This document shows positions 1 to 8,694 of a stretch of 64,000 nucleotides of DNA, one piece after another (position 1 is the stretch's first letter; each line of letters starts with the position of its first letter). The notes below the pieces were generated by a model, which was not told the DNA's origin, searched no databases, and saw only the letters and a program-made list of their open reading frames with translations. A program made the position numbers and the translations under genes. The stretch is from Candidatus Rokuibacteriota bacterium. GTDB taxonomy: Bacteria; Methylomirabilota; Methylomirabilia; Rokubacteriales; CSP1-6. The stretch spans positions 292-64,291 of the forward strand of contig QHSA01000130.1 in NCBI GenBank assembly GCA_003220315.1. The letters run 5' to 3'.

Positions 1-1472
1 AGGAGCCGGCCGAGGGAGTCCTGGAGCAGGAGCGCCGGCAGGGCCACCGTCCTCACCCCGCCGTGGCCCAGCTCCGCCGCATCCGCGTAGAGCTGCGCCC
101 TGAGCCACTCGACGTGGGCGCGGTTCTCCGCGTCCTTCCACCACTGGCGGATCATCTTCTTGCCCCAGTACCGGATCGTCACGTAGTACAGGTCGCGCTT
201 CAGGAGCTTCTGGGCGATCCCGCGCCAGGAGTAGAACTTCTCCATCGCCTTGATCGCGCCCATCTGCAGCTCGTAGGGGCTGATCCTGCGCGGTTGGTGG
301 ACGACGTGGTGGCCGTCGTAGAATTGCCAGTTCCGGCTGATGACGTACTTCTCACCCTGGGCGTAGATCGTGTCGTAGTCGGGCGACCCCGGGATCGGCG
401 TCAGGATCATGAACTGGATCGAGTCGATGTCGTGCTTGAGCGCGAAGTCCGCGGTCGCGTCGATCGTCTCCAGGTCGTCCTCGTCCGAGCCCACCACGAA
501 CATCCCGTGGATACTGATCCCGTAGGCGTGGAAGCGCTCGATCGAGCGCTCGATCTTGCCGAGATCCTGCTTCTTGTTGAAGAGCTTGAGCGTTCGAGGA
601 TTGATCGACTCGAAGCCGACGTAGACGTTGAAGCAGTTCGAGTCGCGCATGAGCTGGAGGAGCTCCGGGTCGTCCACCGTCTCGGTCCGCACCTGCGCGC
701 CCCACATCGGCGTCAAGTCCCGCGCGATCATTCCGTGGAGCAGCTCCTTCACACGCTTCTTGTTCGCCGTGAAGATGTCGTCGGCAAAGAACGTGTAGGC
801 GTTCCCCTTGTGGACCCCGAGCTCCTCCAGCACGCGCGCGACCGAGTGGGTCCGGAAGGCGTGGCCGTACATGCCCGGAACCGAGCAGAAGGTGCACGAG
901 AAGGGGCAGCCCCGCGACGTGGCGATCGAGACGACGCCACCGGGCTTCCAGCCCGCGATGAGGTGGTAGTCCGGGATCGGGTTGACGTCGAGGTTCGGGA
1001 TCTTCGGGCGCTCCGGGTTGTGGACCGCCCGGCCACCCACCAGATAGGAGAGGTTCTGAATCTTCTCGAACCCCGCGCCCCCCTGGATGGCCTCGACGAG
1101 CTCCTGGAACGCGAACTCGCCCTCGCCGCGGACGACGAAGTCCGCGTGCTCGAGCCCCTCGTCGGGCAGGAAGCTCGTGTGGGTACCACCGATCACGGCG
1201 ATGGCGCCGGCCGCCCGCACCTGGTCCGCCAGCCGATACGACTGCGGCGCCGTGGAGGTGATGGCCGAGATCGCCACGAGGTCGGCGGAGAGCACCTCGT
1301 TCATGTCGACCGGGTGGATGTCCTCGATGTACACGCGGACGTCGTACCCTTTGGCCCGCATGATCGTCGCGAGAAGGACCGAGCCGAGCCGCGGGATGCA
1401 GACGCGGCTGTAGATGTGCAGATGCGTCGACTTTGGCTCGACGAACACAAGCTTCCTCAGGGTGCGTGTCAT
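1..1472 (-). CDS. B12-binding-domain radical SAM protein (class B rSAM-like); partial, 3' end lies beyond the window edge
   Basis: Reverse-strand translation from the ATG (complement of 1470-1472) gives MTRTLRKLVFVEPKSTHLHIYSRVC...AIAVIGGTHTSFLP (cobalamin-binding-like N-terminus) followed by SRGCPFSCTFCSV (CxxxCxxC radical-SAM motif). Not in the ORF track because it runs off the window. Confidence 0.8.
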   Translation of the reverse strand, partial: MTRTLRKLVFVEPKSTHLHIYSRVCIPRLGSVLLATIMRAKGYDVRVYIEDIHPVDMNEVLSADLVAISAITSTAPQSYRLADQVRAAGAIAVIGGTHTSFLPDEGLEHADFVVRGEGEFAFQELVEAIQGGAGFEKIQNLSYLVGGRAVHNPERPKIPNLDVNPIPDYHLIAGWKPGGVVSIATSRGCPFSCTFCSVPGMYGHAFRTHSVARVLEELGVHKGNAYTFFADDIFTANKKRVKELLHGMIARDLTPMWGAQVRTETVDDPELLQLMRDSNCFNVYVGFESINPRTLKLFNKKQDLGKIERSIERFHAYGISIHGMFVVGSDEDDLETIDATADFALKHDIDSIQFMILTPIPGSPDYDTIYAQGEKYVISRNWQFYDGHHVVHQPRRISPYELQMGAIKAMEKFYSWRGIAQKLLKRDLYYVTIRYWGKKMIRQWWKDAENRAHVEWLRAQLYADAAELGHGGVRTVALPALLLQDSLGRL

Positions 1473-1521
1473 CGGCGAAGTCTCCCGGGTTGGCTGTGAG
1501 ACAGCAGGTGCAAGTTGGCCC

Positions 1522-1550
1522 ACGCTACATCGGGGGCGCGGCGATGTCAA
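1522..1550 (-). promoter_or_regulatory. Putative sigma70-type promoter for the radical SAM gene (TTGACA-N17-TAGCGT on the minus strand)
   Basis: Minus-strand read is TTGACAtcgccgcgcccccgatgTAGCGT, about 50 nt upstream of the rSAM ATG. A GGGAGA SD lies before the ATG. Confidence 0.35.
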
Positions 1551-1627
1551 TTCTCGCACGAGAGGGGTGTCCCACCATATCTGGGGCTCGACCGGCCCTC
1601 ACGACCCCCATATCTTGGATTTTCCCC

Positions 1628-1656
1628 TTGACACGATTCCGGCGCCTCACTAGCAT
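1628..1656 (+). promoter_or_regulatory. Putative sigma70-type promoter (TTGACA-N17-TAGCAT) driving the tiny ORF
   Basis: cTTGACAcgattccggcgcctcacTAGCATg with exact 17-nt spacing. It is divergent from the rSAM promoter about 100 bp away and uses the same TAGCNT -10 flavour. Confidence 0.4.
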
Positions 1657-1704
1657 GCCGAGCAGAAGTACCCAGCGAACACGTGACCCGAAGGAGGTGA
1701 GTGG

Positions 1705-1740
1705 GTGAAGAAGAAGGCGGCGAAGAAGAAAAAGAAGTAA
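1705..1740 (+). CDS. Tiny ORF encoding the 11-aa poly-lysine peptide MKKKAAKKKKK (GTG start)
   Basis: AAGGAGGT SD at 1691-1698, a 6-nt spacer, then GTG AAG AAG AAG GCG GCG AAG AAG AAA AAG AAG TAA. An in-frame TGA 18 nt upstream fixes the start. Confidence 0.3.
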   Translation: MKKKAAKKKKK

Positions 1741-1788
1741 GCGCCGATGAGGCGCCCGGCCCTGTCGTGCTCCCGCTGCGACAGGGCC
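1741..1788. terminator. Two adjacent GC hairpins (gcgcc-gatga-ggcgc, then an 11-bp perfect stem cggccctgtcg/cgacagggccg); likely a bidirectional terminator for the tiny ORF and the convergent nrdR
   Basis: Inverted repeats read directly from the sequence. There is no strong U-tract, which is common in GC-rich genomes. Confidence 0.35.
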
Positions 1789-1836
1789 GTGCCGTCTCAT
1801 TGAGCTGAGTTGGGAGACCCCCCTCAGACTCCCCCG

Positions 1837-2343
1837 CTACTTGGCCTTCGCGGCCGCCTTGGGCTTCCCGGCGGTCGCCGTCTTGGCCTTGTCGTGGCTC
1901 TGGAGGCCCTTCACCTCCTCGACGAACTGGCCGACGTCCTTGAACTTCCGGTAGACCGACGCGAAGCGCACGTAGGCCACGGGGTCGAGCTTCTGGAGGT
2001 GCTCCATGACGATCTTGCCCAGCTCCTCGCTCGAGATCTCCTTCTCGGTGCGGTCGTACAGCTGCGACTCGATCTCGCCGACGACGTCGTCGACCGCCTG
2101 GACGCCGACCGACCGTTTCTCGCACGATTTCAGGATCGACGCGCGGAGCTTCTGGCGGTCGAAGGGCTCGCGCCGGCCGTCCCGCTTGACGACGTGCGGC
2201 AGGACGTCCTCGATGTACTCGTAGGTCGTGTACCGCCGGTGGCACTTGAGGCACTCGCGCCGGCGTCGGATGAACTCGCCGTCACGCCCGACCCGCGAGT
2301 CGACCACCCGATCTTCCGTGTGACCGCAAAACGGGCATTTCAC
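1837..2343 (-). CDS. nrdR: Transcriptional repressor NrdR
   Basis: MKCPFCGH...CLKCHRRYTTYE zinc ribbon plus ATP-cone; GTG start. Confidence 0.95.
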   Translation of the reverse strand: MKCPFCGHTEDRVVDSRVGRDGEFIRRRRECLKCHRRYTTYEYIEDVLPHVVKRDGRREPFDRQKLRASILKSCEKRSVGVQAVDDVVGEIESQLYDRTEKEISSEELGKIVMEHLQKLDPVAYVRFASVYRKFKDVGQFVEEVKGLQSHDKAKTATAGKPKAAAKAK

Positions 2344-2359
2344 CGGCCGAGCCCCCCTC

Positions 2360-3607
2360 TCAGGCGCGCCGCTCCGTGTAGAGCGGGAAGCGGTTCGTCA
2401 GCTCCTGGACCTGGTCGCGAACCGAGGCTTCCACCGACGCCGCGGCGGGCTTCGACAGCACGCGGTCGATCACGCTCGCGATCTCGGCCATCTCCGGCTC
2501 GCGCATCCCGCGTGTGGTGACGGCGGGCGTGCCGAGGCGGATGCCGCTCGTGACCATGGGGCTTTTCGTCTCGAACGGGATCGTGTTCTTGTTCACGGTG
2601 ATCCACGCACGGTCGAGCGCCTCCTGGGCCTCCTTGCCGGTGAGGCCGCGGCCCGTGAGGTCGACCAGGATCAGGTGGGTGTCGGTTCCGCCGGAGACGA
2701 GCCGGAAGCCGCGTGCCAGGAGCGCCGCGGCGAGCGCCTTCGCGTTCTTCACGATCTGCTTCTGGTACTCGCGCCACGCGGGGCGGAGCGCCTCCTTGAA
2801 CGCGACCGCCTTCGCCGCGATGACGTGCATCAAGGGTCCGCCCTGGACGCCGGGCATCACGGTCTTGTCGAGGGCCTGGGCGTGCTCGGTCCGGCACATG
2901 ACCATCCCGCCGCGCGGCCCGCGCAGCGTCTTGTGCGTCGTGGTCGTGACGAAGTCGGCGACGCCGACCGGTGAAGGGTGGAGCCCGGCCGCGACGAGGC
3001 CCGCCGGGTGGGCGATGTCGGCCATCAGAGACGCGCCCACCTCGCGCGCAATCTCGCCGAAGGGCTTGAAGTCGATCGCCCGCGGGAACGCGGAGCCGCC
3101 GGCGATGATGAGCTTGGGGCGGTGCGTCTTCGCGAGGTCGCGCACCTCGTCGAGGTCGATCAGCTCGGTGTCCTTCCGCACGCCGTAGGCGACGATCGAG
3201 TAGAGCTTCCCCGAATAGTTCACCGGGCTCCCGGCGGTGAGGTGGCCTCCGTGGGAGAGGTTCGGGCCGAGGACGGTGTCGCCGGGCTTGAGGACGGTGA
3301 AGTAGACCGCCATGTTGGCCTGGGCGCCCGAGTGGGGCTGGACGTTGGCGTGCTGGGCGCCGAACAGCTCCTTGGCCCGCGCGATGGCCAGGTCCTCGAC
3401 GACGTCCACGACCTCGCAGCCGCCGTAGTAGCGGCGTCCCGGGTATCCCTCCGCGTACTTGTTGGTCAGCACGGAGCCCATCGCCTCCAGCACCGCCTCG
3501 GAGACGAAGTTCTCGGAGGCGATCAGCTCGAGGTTCCGGTGCTGGCGCTGGGCCTCCTCGCGGAGCGCCTTGGCGACGTCGGGATCGACGTCAGCGAGAC
3601 GAGGCAT
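2360..3607 (-). CDS. glyA: Serine hydroxymethyltransferase
   Basis: The track ORF (2360..3877) was trimmed to [13 protein letters not shown]...; PLP-lysine motif [14 protein letters not shown]; 415 aa. Confidence 0.95.
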   Translation of the reverse strand: MPRLADVDPDVAKALREEAQRQHRNLELIASENFVSEAVLEAMGSVLTNKYAEGYPGRRYYGGCEVVDVVEDLAIARAKELFGAQHANVQPHSGAQANMAVYFTVLKPGDTVLGPNLSHGGHLTAGSPVNYSGKLYSIVAYGVRKDTELIDLDEVRDLAKTHRPKLIIAGGSAFPRAIDFKPFGEIAREVGASLMADIAHPAGLVAAGLHPSPVGVADFVTTTTHKTLRGPRGGMVMCRTEHAQALDKTVMPGVQGGPLMHVIAAKAVAFKEALRPAWREYQKQIVKNAKALAAALLARGFRLVSGGTDTHLILVDLTGRGLTGKEAQEALDRAWITVNKNTIPFETKSPMVTSGIRLGTPAVTTRGMREPEMAEIASVIDRVLSKPAAASVEASVRDQVQELTNRFPLYTERRA

Positions 3608-4061
3608 GTGGCCTCTCCTTCGCGCGGTCGAGGGCGGCCAGCTTCTCGACCCGCCGCGCGTGCCGGCCACCGGCGAACTCCGCCGCGAGCCAGGTCGCGA
3701 GGATCTCGATCGCGGCCTCCCGGGCGGTGATCCGCGCGCCGAGCGCCAGGACGTTGGCGTCGTTGTGCTCGCGGGAGAGCCGGGCGGTGTAGGCGTCGGT
3801 GCAGGCCGCCGCGCGGATGCCGGGCAGCTTGTTGGCCGCGATCGCCATGCCGAGCCCGGTGCCGCAGACGAGGACACCCCGGTCGGCCTTGCCCGCGACG
3901 ACCGCCCCGGCCACGGCGGCGGCGTAGTCGGGATAGTCCACGGACTCGGAGGACTGGGTGCCGCAGTCCACGACCTCGTGACCCCGCTCGATCAGCCAGG
4001 CCTTGAGGTCTTCTTTGAGGGGGAAGCCCGCGTGGTCCGCACCGAGGGCGATCGCGCTCAT
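3591..4061 (-). CDS. rpiB: Ribose-5-phosphate isomerase B
   Basis: [19 protein letters not shown]...[16 protein letters not shown]; trimmed from the 3591..4370 ORF; overlaps the glyA start. Confidence 0.9.
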   Translation of the reverse strand: MSAIALGADHAGFPLKEDLKAWLIERGHEVVDCGTQSSESVDYPDYAAAVAGAVVAGKADRGVLVCGTGLGMAIAANKLPGIRAAACTDAYTARLSREHNDANVLALGARITAREAAIEILATWLAAEFAGGRHARRVEKLAALDRAKERPHASSR

Positions 4062-4185
4062 ACCGCGACCATATCTGTAGGGGGTGAGGCGTGTCAAGCA
4101 ACCTACATGTCGGGGGCGATCCCTCTCACCGCCCCCGCACGGGGCGTCAGGTGCGATCCGCGCCGTCTGCGGCGCGGGCGCCGCG

Positions 4186-5475
4186 TCACCGTACCATCGC
4201 GCCGTAGACGAGGTTCTTGTAGAGCATCCGCGTATGGATGCGGTTGGAGGGCGACTGCGCCATGAGAATCCCGACGAGCCCCTCCTTCGGATCGATCCAG
4301 AAGCTCGTCCCCCAGACGCCCGCCCACATGGCGTCGCCCTTCGAGCCCGGCACCCAGGCGACGCCCTCATGCAGCCGCACGCCGAAGCCCAGACCGAAGC
4401 CGTAGCCCGGGCCCGTCGTCGCGATCGTCGACCCGCCCATGCCGACCGTGTGGTCGGAGAGCATGAACTCCACGGTCTTCTTCGAGAGGTAGCGCCGGCC
4501 CTGGTACTCGCCGCCGTTCACGACCATCTGCGCGAACTTCAGATAGTCCTCGGTCGTCCCCACGAGGCCCGCGCCGCCCTTGAAGTAGCTCTTGCCGGCC
4601 GGGTTTTCCAGGATGCGGTAGGACTTGTTCAGCGTCGCCTTCTGCGGGTCGGAGTCGAGCGCCTCGGCGAGCCGCCCGACCTTCTCCTTGGCCGCCCAGA
4701 ACGCCGTGTCCTTCATGCCGAGCGGCTCGAAGAGCATGTCCCTGAGCAGCTGGTCGAGCGGCTTCTTGGTGGTGCGCTCGAGCAGGAGGCCCAGGACGTC
4801 GACCGCGATCGAGTACTCCCAGAAGGTGCCGGGCTGGTGGGCGAGCGGGATCTGCCCCAACCGCTTCAGCATCTCGTCACCGGTGATATCGACGTCGCGT
4901 GCCTCGATGTTCGCGTTCTCGTACATCTCCTTGATGCGGGGCGACTTGGTGCCGCCGGCATAGACGAACCCTGCGGTGTGGCGCATCAGGTCCTGAACGG
5001 TGATGGGCCGGGTGACCGGTACGTCTTCGGTCGTGACCTTACCGTCCGGGTCGGCCTTCTGGGTCTCGACCCTCATCTCCTTGAGCTCGGGCAGCCAGGC
5101 CGAGATCGGATCGTTGAGCTTGAGGCTCCCCTGTTCGATCAGCATCATCGCCGCGACCGTGACGATCGGCTTCGTCATCGACGCCAGGCGGAAGAGCGCG
5201 TCCCTCGTCATGGGCTTGCTCTTCTGAGCGTCGAGGAAGCCGTGCGTCTCGTAGTGCACGATCGTCCCTCGCCGCGCGACGAGCGTCACGGCGCCGGGCA
5301 AGATGCCCTTGTCGATCTGCTCTTTCATGACCGGCGCGATGCGTGCCAACCGCTCACGCGACATTCCCGCGATCTCGTCCTTCGCGGCGGGCTGTGCGCC
5401 TTGGGCGTTGGCGCCGGCCGCCAGCATCACGGCAGCCGTCATCACGGCGAAGAGTCGGAGAGCTTTCGTTGTCAC
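4186..5475 (-). CDS. Secreted serine hydrolase of the beta-lactamase / PBP4* (class C-like) family
   Basis: GTG start preceded by GGAGGAG; signal peptide TTKALRLFAVMTAAVMLAAGANA; S-x-x-K motif ASMTKP. Confidence 0.85.
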   Translation of the reverse strand: MTTKALRLFAVMTAAVMLAAGANAQGAQPAAKDEIAGMSRERLARIAPVMKEQIDKGILPGAVTLVARRGTIVHYETHGFLDAQKSKPMTRDALFRLASMTKPIVTVAAMMLIEQGSLKLNDPISAWLPELKEMRVETQKADPDGKVTTEDVPVTRPITVQDLMRHTAGFVYAGGTKSPRIKEMYENANIEARDVDITGDEMLKRLGQIPLAHQPGTFWEYSIAVDVLGLLLERTTKKPLDQLLRDMLFEPLGMKDTAFWAAKEKVGRLAEALDSDPQKATLNKSYRILENPAGKSYFKGGAGLVGTTEDYLKFAQMVVNGGEYQGRRYLSKKTVEFMLSDHTVGMGGSTIATTGPGYGFGLGFGVRLHEGVAWVPGSKGDAMWAGVWGTSFWIDPKEGLVGILMAQSPSNRIHTRMLYKNLVYGAMVR

Positions 5476-5598
5476 GGCGGCTCCTCCAGGCTTGTCGGTG
5501 GTGCACTGAGCATAGCGGAAGACGCGCGCGCGGGAAACACAAGGGTGAGCCGGCGAGAGCTCCGAGCGTGGGCGGCGCACGTCCCGCGGGGGCTCGAC

Positions 5599-6798
5599 TC
5601 ACTCGGCGACGGCGACCCGGGCCCGCGCTGGAAACTCAAAGGTCTCGGTCACGGCCCCCGCCGTGCCCTGGGCGACGAGCCGTGGGATGTCCAGTCGCGC
5701 CTCGACCGCCCGGACCTCCGCCTCGGACATGCGCGTCGCCGGGTGCGCCGGCACGAAGAGCGTGCAGCAGTCGGCGTCCGGCTCGATCGACACCTCGAAG
5801 GTCCCGAGCCGCTGCGCCTCCGCCGTGATCTCGAGCTTGTCCATGCCGATGAGCGGCCGGAGGATCGGCAGCGTGGCGGCCTCGTCGATGCGAGCGATGC
5901 TCTCAAGCGTCTGGGAGGCGACCTGCCCGAGGCTCTCGCCGGTCGCCAGCGCGAGGGCCGAGCGCTCGCCGGCGAGGGCCTCGGCGATCCGGACCATGAG
6001 CCGCCGATAGACGATCACGCGCGCGGGCGGCGGGACCGTGAGGACGACCTCGCGCTGGATCTCTCCGAACGGGACCAGGAGCAGGCGCGACTCGTACTGC
6101 CACGCGGTGAGCCGCTCGACGAGCGTCCGCGCCTTCGCCTGCGACGTCGCCGGCAGGTACGGCACGCTGTGGAAGTGCACGAACACGACGCGGCAGCCGC
6201 GCTTCATCATCCGCCACGCGGCCACCGGCGAGTCGATGCCGCCCGAGAGCAGCGCCGCGACCGTCCCCGACGCCCCCACGGGCAGGCCGCCGGGGCCCGG
6301 CATGCGATCCATGTAGACGAAGGTCTCCGACGGCATGACCTCCACGTGGATCTCGAGCTCGGGCTCTCGGAGATCCACGCGCGCGGCGACCTTCTCGAGG
6401 ACGAAGGCGCCGAGGGCGCGGTTCAGCTCGACGGAGGTCATCGGATAGGTCTTGAACGCCCGGCGCGCGCTGATCCGGAACGAGGCGAACGTCCGCCCCT
6501 CGCAGAGCCGCCCCACCACGGCCTTCATCGCCTCGAGCGTCGAGGGCACGCGGTACGCGAGCGCGGCGCTCGCGACGCCGCACACGCGCAGGACCCGGTC
6601 GCGCACCTCGGCGGGCGCCGGGTGGTCGTCGAGGTCGAGGAGGACGCGGCCCGAGAGCTGGCGCAGGCGCACGGGCCCGAGGTCCGACGTGGCGCGGGCG
6701 AGGTTCCTCGCGAGGTGGCGCAGGAAGAGCGGGCGGTTGCCGCGTTTCAGCCCGATCTCGTGGTAGTGGACGATGACCGCGGGTCGCAGGCGGGTCAT
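5599..6798 (-). CDS. thiI: tRNA 4-thiouridine synthase ThiI (no rhodanese domain)
   Basis: MTRLRPAVIVHYHEIGLKRGNRP (THUMP domain) plus PP-loop SGGIDSPVAAW. Confidence 0.9.
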   Translation of the reverse strand: MTRLRPAVIVHYHEIGLKRGNRPLFLRHLARNLARATSDLGPVRLRQLSGRVLLDLDDHPAPAEVRDRVLRVCGVASAALAYRVPSTLEAMKAVVGRLCEGRTFASFRISARRAFKTYPMTSVELNRALGAFVLEKVAARVDLREPELEIHVEVMPSETFVYMDRMPGPGGLPVGASGTVAALLSGGIDSPVAAWRMMKRGCRVVFVHFHSVPYLPATSQAKARTLVERLTAWQYESRLLLVPFGEIQREVVLTVPPPARVIVYRRLMVRIAEALAGERSALALATGESLGQVASQTLESIARIDEAATLPILRPLIGMDKLEITAEAQRLGTFEVSIEPDADCCTLFVPAHPATRMSEAEVRAVEARLDIPRLVAQGTAGAVTETFEFPARARVAVAE

Positions 6799-6875
6799 CG
6801 TAGCGGGGTCCGCGAGGCCGCTACACTCCGTGGGTGGCCTGCCCCAGGTACGCCCCGGCACCGTTCCGATCTCAC

Positions 6876-6968
6876 CATCACGTGCGACCTGGCTGCGTCG
6901 CTCATGTCGCCATCACGTCGGACCCGGCTGCGTTCCGCGTGTCGCTCCTCATTCCATCGACAGGTGCG
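6876..6968. repeat. Tandem imperfect ~40-bp repeat (family A: catcacgt..gacc.ggctgcgt..cgctc.tcattcca, then cgacaggtgcg) between thiI and mobA; it supplies mobA's last codons and stop
   Basis: U1 at 6876-6910 and U2 at 6911-6956 align. The same core recurs at 10003-10053. Confidence 0.5.
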
Positions 6969-7551
6969 CTGCAACCTGCCGCGCGCGCTCCAGCTCCTCG
7001 GGCGTGTTGACGTTCATGAAGACGAGCGCCGGGTCGCGGTAGCGCGCGACCTCGCGCTCCGCGATCTCGACCACGCGGACGTCGTGGAAGAACTCGACGA
7101 TCTTGAGCCGCCCGGCGACGAGCCGGGCCTCGATCGCCCCGAGGCAACTCTTCGCGTAGAGGGCGTGCAGGGTCTCGAGCTGCCCACCGACGCGCGGGAT
7201 CACGACGTCGCCGGAGCCGACGCGCTCCACCACCAGGCGGACGACGTCAGCGTGGAGGAACGGCATGTCGCAGGCGACGGTGAAGGCGGCCCCGCCGGGC
7301 GCCGCCCGGAGCCCCGAGTAGATGCCCCCGAGCGAGCCGTGGTCGGGGTAGACGTCGGCGACCATCGGCAGCTTGAGGAACGCGTAGAGCTCGGGCGTGT
7401 TGGTCACGATCAGGAGGTCGTCCACCGCTGGCGTGACGGCGTCCACGACGCGCTCGATGATCCACCGACCGCCGAGCTCGAGCAGCGCCTTGGGCCGGCC
7501 GCCCATGCGCGTGCTCTTGCCTCCCGCCTGGATGACTCCCGTGACTCTCAC
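6949..7551 (-). CDS. mobA: Molybdenum cofactor guanylyltransferase
   Basis: GVIQAGGKSTRMG...LPMVAD. The C-terminus (...SME stop) is encoded by the repeat. Confidence 0.85.
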   Translation of the reverse strand: MRVTGVIQAGGKSTRMGGRPKALLELGGRWIIERVVDAVTPAVDDLLIVTNTPELYAFLKLPMVADVYPDHGSLGGIYSGLRAAPGGAAFTVACDMPFLHADVVRLVVERVGSGDVVIPRVGGQLETLHALYAKSCLGAIEARLVAGRLKIVEFFHDVRVVEIAEREVARYRDPALVFMNVNTPEELERARQVAAHLSME

Positions 7552-7555
7552 CGGA

Positions 7556-8131
7556 TCACACCGACACCGCGCCCTGGCGCAGGACGCGTGGCGGGTCCAC
7601 GGTCGTGTCGAGGACGGTGGAGGGCTCGCCCCCCGCCGTCGCCCCGCCGTCGACCACGAGGTCGATCGCGTCGCGGAAGTACGCGAGCACCGCCGACGCC
7701 GTCGTCGGGGGTTCGAGCCCGCTCGGATTGGCGCTCGGGGCCGTGACGGGCGCTCGGAGGGCGCGGACGAGACCCAGCGCGACCGGATGCGGAGAGAGCC
7801 GTACGCCGACCGTGCTCGTCCCGGCGGTGACCTCCTCCGGAACGCCGGGCCGCGCGCGCAGGACGAGTGTGAGCGCGCCGGGCCAGTGGCGCACCATCAG
7901 CGCCCGCGCGCGGGCGCCCACCTCCCCGACGGCCTCCGCCATCGCGATCGAGTCCACGAGCAGCAGCAGGGGTTTGGTCTCGGGTCTCCCCTTGAGCCCG
8001 AAGATACGCCGGATGGCCGGCCGCTCGAGCGCCGCCGCGCCAAGGCCGTAGAAGGTCTCGGTCGGGAAGGCGACCACGCCCCCGCGCGCCAGCACGAGGG
8101 CGGCCTCACCGAGCGCCGTTCGGTCGGGCAT
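7556..8131 (-). CDS. tsaC: L-threonylcarbamoyladenylate synthase (YrdC/TsaC type)
   Basis: VVAFPTETFYGLG...SANPSG; trimmed from the 7556..8335 ORF. Confidence 0.85.
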   Translation of the reverse strand: MPDRTALGEAALVLARGGVVAFPTETFYGLGAAALERPAIRRIFGLKGRPETKPLLLLVDSIAMAEAVGEVGARARALMVRHWPGALTLVLRARPGVPEEVTAGTSTVGVRLSPHPVALGLVRALRAPVTAPSANPSGLEPPTTASAVLAYFRDAIDLVVDGGATAGGEPSTVLDTTVDPPRVLRQGAVSV

Positions 8132-8169
8132 CGCAGCGTCCACGCGAACGACACGCGTGCGGGGCGCCG

Positions 8170-8694
8170 TCACGTCCGGGGCGTCGGTCTCTTCGTCTGC
8201 TCGGCGACCCGGCGCGCACCCTCGTCCACTTCGTCGGCGAGGCCTCGCCGGTAGGCGTCCAGGCGCTTGCCGAGGGCCGGATCGCCCTGCGCCAGGATCT
8301 GGGCGGCGAGGATCCCGGCGTTGGCGGCTCCCCACTTGCCGATCGCGACCGTCGCCACCGGCACACCCTTCGGCATCTGGGAGATGGACAGGAGCGCGTC
8401 GAGCCCCCCGAGCGGCGTGGCGGCGATTGGCACGCCGATCACGGGCAGCGGCGTGAGCGACGCGAGGAATCCGGGGAGCGCGGCGGCGCCACCGGCGCCC
8501 GCGATGAGGACGCCGAGCCCCCGCGCTTGGGCGGTCGTCGCGTACTCCTGAGTGCGCGCCGGTGTCCGGTGCGCCGAGGCCACGACGACCTCACTCCCCA
8601 CCTCGAGCGCGTCGAGGACTTTCACGGCCTCCAGCATCACCTCGAGGTCGGAGTCGCTGCCGAGCACGATGCCTACCCGTACGGGTCGCTTCAC
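8170..8694 (-). CDS. purE: N5-carboxyaminoimidazole ribonucleotide mutase
   Basis: VRVGIVLGSDSDLEVM...SAHRTP; GTG start after an AAGGAG SD. Confidence 0.9.
   Translation of the reverse strand: MKRPVRVGIVLGSDSDLEVMLEAVKVLDALEVGSEVVVASAHRTPARTQEYATTAQARGLGVLIAGAGGAAALPGFLASLTPLPVIGVPIAATPLGGLDALLSISQMPKGVPVATVAIGKWGAANAGILAAQILAQGDPALGKRLDAYRRGLADEVDEGARRVAEQTKRPTPRT

Noticed and set aside
63-1499. 478-aa plus-strand ORF and many other very long ORFs on the strand opposite recognisable genes (e.g. 4084..7746 1220 aa, 16018..18240, 20971..24759, 32235..35468, 35689..38082)
   Set aside because: Their composition is dominated by R/A/G/P/L/V/D with no recognisable motifs, and they are the exact antisense of strongly conserved genes. 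At ~70% GC, stop codons are rare in every frame, so these are expected artefacts.
1473-1560. Cobalamin riboswitch upstream of the B12-binding radical SAM gene
   Set aside because: The promoter-to-ATG distance is only ~50 nt, far too short for a ~200-nt B12 riboswitch, and no B12-box-like sequence was seen.
1746-1802. 18-codon Cys-containing ORF (MRRPALSCSRCDRAVPSH) downstream of the poly-Lys ORF
   Set aside because: It has no SD and lies entirely within the terminator hairpins, so it is most likely fortuitous.
2360-3877. N-terminal extensions on track ORFs (glyA 505 aa, rpiB 259 aa, PNPase 729 aa, purH 664 aa, proS 666 aa, truB 443 aa, and others)
   Set aside because: The extensions are low-complexity Arg/Pro/Ser-rich and are absent from the conserved protein families. 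Internal ATG/GTG starts with SD sequences or start/stop overlaps fit the known N-termini, so the genes were trimmed.
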